From Thermoflexales bacterium (GTDB lineage Bacteria; Chloroflexota; Anaerolineae; Fen-1058), in the NCBI GenBank assembly GCA_034434835.1, contig DAOTXX010000129.1:24844-88843 (forward strand): a stretch of 64,000 nucleotides of DNA. The letters are read 5' to 3'. Position numbers and translations under genes: made by a program. A model generated the notes under the pieces. The model did no database searches and was not told where the DNA came from. It saw only the letters and a program-made list of their open reading frames with translations. Below, piece by piece: positions 59,127 to 64,000 of this stretch. Each line of letters starts with the position of its first letter. Positions within the stretch are counted from its first letter, which is position 1.

Positions 59127-60302
59127 ATGGCTGTGAGCACCGTTGCACCTGTCGCTACCGTTGCACCACCCAAACCCGTCTCGGCTTACGTGAAAGGCCT
59201 GGACGGCGTCGTTGCCGCGCAGACCACGCTCAGCTCGATTGATGGTCAGCGCGGGATTCTGACGTATCGAGGCATTGACATTCACGAGCTGGCCGAAAAA
59301 GCCTGTTACGAAGAAGTCGTGTATTTGCTCTGGTACGGCAAACTGCCGAACCGTCGTGAGCTGGCCGACCTGGAAGCGCGGCTGGCGGCCAACCGTCCCA
59401 TCCCGATTCAGATCGTCAACATCTTGCGCCAGACCCCCGATAACGGCATCCCGATGGTGGTCCTGCGTAACGCGGTCAGCGCGCTGGCCATGTTTGACCC
59501 GGATGCCGAGGATATTTCGCCCGAGGCCACACGCCGCAAAGCTGAACGCCTGACCGCGCAGATGGGCACGGTCATGGCAGCCTATCACCGCATCCGGCAG
59601 GGGCTGGAGCCAATTGACCCCGACCCGCGCCTGAGCCACACCCAAAACCTGCTCTACATGCTCACCGGCGATCAGCCTGATCCGTTCAGCGTCAAGGCGC
59701 TCGACCTGTATCAAGTGCTTCTGGCCGATCATGGCATGAACGCCAGCACGTTTACTGCGCGAGTCGTCGCCTCCACGCAGGCCGACCTGCACAGCGCGGT
59801 CTCGGCGGCGCTGGGCGCGCTCAAAGGCCCGTTGCACGGCGGGGCGGCGGAAGCGACGATGCGGATGCTGTTCGAGATCGGCGAGCCGGAGAAGGCGGAT
59901 GCCTTTGTGGAGCATGCCTTCAAAACCAAACGCAAGATCATGGGCATCGGTCACCGCATCTACAAGACCGGTGACCCGCGCGTCGTCCACCTACAAAAGT
60001 GGAGCCGCGCGATGGGTGAGCGCAATGGCGAGCTGAAATGGTACGAGATTCTGCTGGAAGTCGAAAAGGCGGTGCTCAAGTACCGGCAGCTTTATCCGAA
60101 CGTGGATTTCTTTTCGTCCACGATGCTCTATTACATTGGCATCCCGGTGGATATGTTCACGCCCATGTTTGCGGCCAGCCGCATCGCGGGCTGGAGCGCG
60201 CACGTCATCGAGCAGTACGCCGAAAACGTGCTCATCCGTCCGCAATCCGAGTTCATTGGACGGATGGATCAGCATTACGTGCCGATGGATGAGCGCGAGT
60301 GA
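59127..60302 (+). CDS. gltA: Citrate synthase.
   Basis: ATG after AAGGAGA, about 391 aa, with citrate-synthase family motifs (GIGHRIYKTGDPR; active-site His/Asp regions). The track ORF 58995 start is an over-extension. Confidence 0.85.
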   Translation: MAVSTVAPVATVAPPKPVSAYVKGLDGVVAAQTTLSSIDGQRGILTYRGIDIHELAEKACYEEVVYLLWYGKLPNRRELADLEARLAANRPIPIQIVNILRQTPDNGIPMVVLRNAVSALAMFDPDAEDISPEATRRKAERLTAQMGTVMAAYHRIRQGLEPIDPDPRLSHTQNLLYMLTGDQPDPFSVKALDLYQVLLADHGMNASTFTARVVASTQADLHSAVSAALGALKGPLHGGAAEATMRMLFEIGEPEKADAFVEHAFKTKRKIMGIGHRIYKTGDPRVVHLQKWSRAMGERNGELKWYEILLEVEKAVLKYRQLYPNVDFFSSTMLYYIGIPVDMFTPMFAASRIAGWSAHVIEQYAENVLIRPQSEFIGRMDQHYVPMDERE

Positions 60303-60428
60303 CGTAGGGCGTGGAGAGTGGAGCGTAGAGCGATGAAGGGCCGATGACCAAAGACGAAAGACCAACGGCAAAAGTGGATCGCCTTTCATCTTTTGTCCGA
60401 TGACAAAGCTTGCCAGGGGAGAACCAGA

Positions 60429-63161
60429 ATGCCAGGGAAAGATGTGCTCGACGCACGTGATGTGCTGGAAACCCGCCACGGGAAACTCACCTTCTATCGC
60501 TTGAGCCAATTGGAAGAACGCGGCCTGGGGCGCATTTCGCGCCTGCCGTTTTCGATCAAGATTTTGCTGGAAGCGGTGCTGCGGAACCTCGACGGGCATC
60601 AAATCACCGAAGAGGATGTGCGGCATCTGGCGGCATGGACCCCCACCCCCGTCCCTTCCCCCGCGAGCGGGGGAGGGGAGTTCCCGTTCAAGCCCGCGCG
60701 CGTGGTGATGCAGGACTTTACCGGTGTGCCGTGCATTGTGGACCTGGCCGCGATGCGCGATGCGGTCAAGCGGCTGGGCGGCGACCCGAAACAGATCAAC
60801 CCGCTCGTGCCGGTTGACCTGGTGATCGATCACTCGGTGCAGGTGGATGTCTTTGGGACGGAGCGGGCACTGCTCCACAACGCCCAGATCGAATTCGAGC
60901 GCAACCGCGAGCGCTACGAATTCCTGCGCTGGGGCGCGCAGGCGTTTTCCAACTTGCGTGTGGTGCCGCCCTCGACCGGCATCATCCATCAGGTCAACCT
61001 GGAGTATCTGGCGCAGGGGGTGTTGGTTCAGGATGGCGTCATCTTCCCGGATACGCTGGTCGGCACAGACTCGCACACGACGATGGTCAACGGTCTAGGG
61101 GTGCTGGGCTGGGGCGTCGGCGGCATCGAAGCGGAAGCGGTGATGTTGGGCCAGCCGCTTTACATGGTGGTGCCGCAGGTCATTGGCTTCAAGCTGGTCG
61201 GCAGTTTGCGTGAAGGCGTGACGGCGACTGATTTGGTGTTGACTGTGACGCAGATGCTTCGCAAAAAAGGCGTCGTGGACAAGTTTGTAGAATTTTACGG
61301 CCCCGGCCTGTCTTCGATGTCGCTGCCCGATCGCGCGACGATTGCCAACATGGCGCCCGAGTACGGCGCGACGTGCGGATTATTTCCCCCCGACGACGAA
61401 ACGTTGCGCTACCTTCGCTACACGGGTCGAGGCCGATCGGCCGATTTATGGGAAGCCTATGCCAAAGCACAGGGATTGTTCCGTACGGATGATACACCCG
61501 AACCCGTGTTTACGGATACGCTCGAACTCGATTTGAGCACGGTCGAGCCATCGCTGGCCGGCCCCAAGCGCCCGCAGGATCGCGTGCCACTCAAGGACTT
61601 GAAGGCCACGTTCCGCAAGTCGCTTGGCGCGCCCGTACAAGATCGCGGCTACGGGTTACCTGAGACTGATCTCGCTCGCCAATACACAATACCCAATACC
61701 CAATCTCAAATCGGACATGGAGCCGTGGTCATTGCTGCCATCACCTCCTGCACCAACACCAGCAACCCGTCGGTGATGCTGGGTGCCGGTCTGTTGGCAA
61801 AGAAAGCGGTCGAAAAAGGGCTGACGGTCAAGCCGTATGTCAAAACCAGCCTGGCGCCAGGCTCAAAGGTGGTGACCGAGTATCTGAAGAAATCGGGCGC
61901 GCTGCCTTATCTGGAGCAGCTCGGCTTTCACGTCGCGGCGTATGGCTGCACGACCTGCATCGGCAATAGCGGCCCGCTGCCGGAGCCGGTCGCCCAAGCC
62001 GTGACCGAGGGCAACCTTGTCGCCAGCGCCGTCATCTCTGGTAATCGCAACTTTGAAGGGCGCGTGCATCCGCTGGTCAGGGCCAACTTTCTTGCCTCGC
62101 CGCCGCTCGTCGTTGCGTATGCGCTTGCGGGCACGACGGATATTGACCTGACCACCGAGCCGCTGGGCACAGGCCAAGACGGCCAACCGGTCTATCTCAA
62201 GGACATCTGGCCGACGCAAAAAGAGATCGCGGACGCCATGGCGGCTTCGATTGACCCGGAGATGTTTGTCGAATCCTACAGCAATGTGTTTGATGGCAAC
62301 TCGATGTGGAACGAGATCCCCGTCAGCGGCGGCGAGTTGTACGAATGGGATGAGACTTCGACTTATATCCAAAGACCCCCGTTCTTTGAGACGTTCTCGC
62401 TGGAGCCGGAGCCGCTCCAAGAGATTCGTGGCGCGCGTGTGCTGGGTCTGTTTGGCGATAGCATCACCACCGATCACATCTCCCCAGCGGGCAGCATCGC
62501 CAGGGATTCGCCTGCCGGCAGGTATCTGATCGAACGGGGCGTGAGGCCGGAAGATTTCAATCAATATGGCACGCGGCGCGGCAACGACCGTGTGATGACG
62601 CGCGGGACGTTTGCCAACATCCGGCTCAAGAACTTGATGCTGGGCGGCCAGGAAGGCGGCCTGACACTCTATCTCCCCTCGCCCTCTGGGGGAGGGGCCG
62701 GGCGAGAGGGTGAGATCATGCCCATCTATGATGCAGCGATGAGATACAAGTCCGAAGGAGTGCCGCTGATCGTCATCGCGGGCAAAGAGTATGGCACCGG
62801 CTCTTCGCGCGACTGGGCCGCCAAAGGCGTCATGCTGCTGGGCGTCCGGGCCGTCATCGCCGAATCGTTCGAGCGGATTCACCGCAGCAATCTCGTCGGC
62901 ATGGGCGTCTTGCCGCTCGTGTTCCAGGACGGCCAGAACGCCGAATCGCTCGGATTGACCGGACGTGAGACGTTCGACATTCTCGGCATCACGGATAACA
63001 TCCAGCCGCGTCAAGAGCTGACCGTCAAGGCGACGAAAGAAGGTGGTAGCGTGATCACGTTCAAGGCCACGGCGCGGCTCGATACGCCGGTCGAGGTGAA
63101 TTACTACAAGAACGGCGGCATTCTGCCGACGGTGTTGAGGAAGTTGGTACGGGAAGGATGA
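60429..63161 (+). CDS. acnA: Aconitate hydratase A.
   Basis: About 910 aa, AcnA/IRP family throughout ([12 protein letters not shown]; [18 protein letters not shown]; [10 protein letters not shown]). ATG after GGGGAGAA. Confidence 0.9.
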   Translation: MPGKDVLDARDVLETRHGKLTFYRLSQLEERGLGRISRLPFSIKILLEAVLRNLDGHQITEEDVRHLAAWTPTPVPSPASGGGEFPFKPARVVMQDFTGVPCIVDLAAMRDAVKRLGGDPKQINPLVPVDLVIDHSVQVDVFGTERALLHNAQIEFERNRERYEFLRWGAQAFSNLRVVPPSTGIIHQVNLEYLAQGVLVQDGVIFPDTLVGTDSHTTMVNGLGVLGWGVGGIEAEAVMLGQPLYMVVPQVIGFKLVGSLREGVTATDLVLTVTQMLRKKGVVDKFVEFYGPGLSSMSLPDRATIANMAPEYGATCGLFPPDDETLRYLRYTGRGRSADLWEAYAKAQGLFRTDDTPEPVFTDTLELDLSTVEPSLAGPKRPQDRVPLKDLKATFRKSLGAPVQDRGYGLPETDLARQYTIPNTQSQIGHGAVVIAAITSCTNTSNPSVMLGAGLLAKKAVEKGLTVKPYVKTSLAPGSKVVTEYLKKSGALPYLEQLGFHVAAYGCTTCIGNSGPLPEPVAQAVTEGNLVASAVISGNRNFEGRVHPLVRANFLASPPLVVAYALAGTTDIDLTTEPLGTGQDGQPVYLKDIWPTQKEIADAMAASIDPEMFVESYSNVFDGNSMWNEIPVSGGELYEWDETSTYIQRPPFFETFSLEPEPLQEIRGARVLGLFGDSITTDHISPAGSIARDSPAGRYLIERGVRPEDFNQYGTRRGNDRVMTRGTFANIRLKNLMLGGQEGGLTLYLPSPSGGGAGREGEIMPIYDAAMRYKSEGVPLIVIAGKEYGTGSSRDWAAKGVMLLGVRAVIAESFERIHRSNLVGMGVLPLVFQDGQNAESLGLTGRETFDILGITDNIQPRQELTVKATKEGGSVITFKATARLDTPVEVNYYKNGGILPTVLRKLVREG

Positions 63162-63292
63162 TTTGCGCTGCAAGTTGTACGCGGGACATTATGCCATTCA
63201 CTACGGGATCAAGTCCGCTACAGGGGTATTGTCCCTCACGGAACGGTCGAGTCAATGATTAGGCTGCCATTGGGCAAGATGAGTTCGGCATA

Positions 63293-64000
63293 ATGCAAAG
63301 CCAGACCTTCCTAAAGTGCTGCTACCTGCTGGGAATCACTGGCTTGTGCATAGCTGGGTGCACGAGCCGAGTACCAATCATTTCACCGCTGGAACCGCCC
63401 AGTGTTCTTCCGACGCCAACTTGGCGACCAACAGAGACAACACAACCTGCAGCAACCAGTACGGCAATGCCACAACCTGGCCCTGCACCATCTCCATTGC
63501 CTTCACCAACCGCTACCTATCTGCCCTACAACGATGTTCCGTTCACGATAATCTTTCTCAGAAATGGCAATCTATGGTCATCAGAAATCGGCGGAGGAGG
63601 CGAACGCCAAATCACTCACGAGCCAGCCGGTTGGCCGATTCGTTGGTATGATGTGTCTCCCAAGTGCGATAGGATAGCGTATATTTCTAGCCAAGACCAA
63701 CCAGGCATAGATGCACTTGTAAAACAAGTTGTCATTTCTAATGGCTCAGTCAGTGTTCTAACTGGTGAAAACGACCCATATAGCGAGTATAACGTTGAAT
63801 GGCTTGACAGTACTCACATCACGTTTCAACTTCAGGAATATCAAGTGCCGAGGTATAGTACGGATAACGCATGGCAAAGCGTCAAGCCTTTTCACCATAT
63901 AGTTTTCGACCTGACTACTGGTAAACGCACCTTCATTCCCGAGTCCTTACTTCTGTCGCAATCACCGAATGGCCGCTACTGGCTTACTTGTTCCAGGGGC
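63293..64000 (+). CDS. Lipoprotein with TolB/PD40-like beta-propeller repeats; continues past the window end.
   Basis: Own translation MQSQTFLKCCYLLGITGLCIAGCTSR... (lipobox), a PT-rich linker, then PD40-like repeats (VSPKCDRIAYISS; SPNGRYWL). The region has markedly lower GC than the rest of the window. It is not in the ORF track because no stop falls in the window. Confidence 0.5.
   Translation, partial: MQSQTFLKCCYLLGITGLCIAGCTSRVPIISPLEPPSVLPTPTWRPTETTQPAATSTAMPQPGPAPSPLPSPTATYLPYNDVPFTIIFLRNGNLWSSEIGGGGERQITHEPAGWPIRWYDVSPKCDRIAYISSQDQPGIDALVKQVVISNGSVSVLTGENDPYSEYNVEWLDSTHITFQLQEYQVPRYSTDNAWQSVKPFHHIVFDLTTGKRTFIPESLLLSQSPNGRYWLTCSRG

Noticed and set aside
59991-61076. 361-aa - ORF spanning the gltA/acnA junction.
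   Set aside because: Antisense to two strongly supported genes and the spacer between them.
61863-63173. 436-aa - ORF.
   Set aside because: Antisense shadow inside acnA.

Overview
This is a high-GC (about 60-62%) bacterial chromosomal segment whose gene content and repeats point to Chloroflexota; a Roseiflexus-like origin is an inference only. The housekeeping genes are pncA-nrtR, aspS, tupABC, fdhD, tldD/tldE, the hrcA-grpE-dnaK-dnaJ-prmA heat-shock operon with a perfect CIRCE operator, a four-subunit 2-oxoacid:ferredoxin oxidoreductase operon, dnaN, pckG, gltA and acnA. Between about 21.2 and 36.1 kb lies a 15-kb signalling island of four large multidomain sensor histidine kinases, two Rcp1-like single-domain response regulators and a sugar-binding protein. 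Mobile and selfish elements include an IS3-family IS with an A9 frameshift site that truncates a nucleotidyltransferase gene. A 143-bp MITE-like element with 8-bp target duplications sits at the end of a mazEF toxin-antitoxin pair. A four-helix-bundle (rRNA intervening-sequence-type) gene is wedged between the beta and alpha subunit genes of the oxidoreductase operon and is flanked by inverted heptamer arrays. A family of heptamer-tandem hairpin repeats recurs in intra-operon spacers. Other candidates are GC-rich mini-palindromes inserted in frame in acnA, a promoter-leaderless uORF-terminator attenuator ahead of gltA, a DUF5678/retropepsin pair beside a Lon-like protease, and an in-frame REC-HATPase fusion remnant. 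No rRNA, tRNA or CRISPR array was recognised. Comparison with the ORF track revealed about 1-nt disagreements with my hand-counted positions at a few places, so boundaries are +/-1-3 nt.
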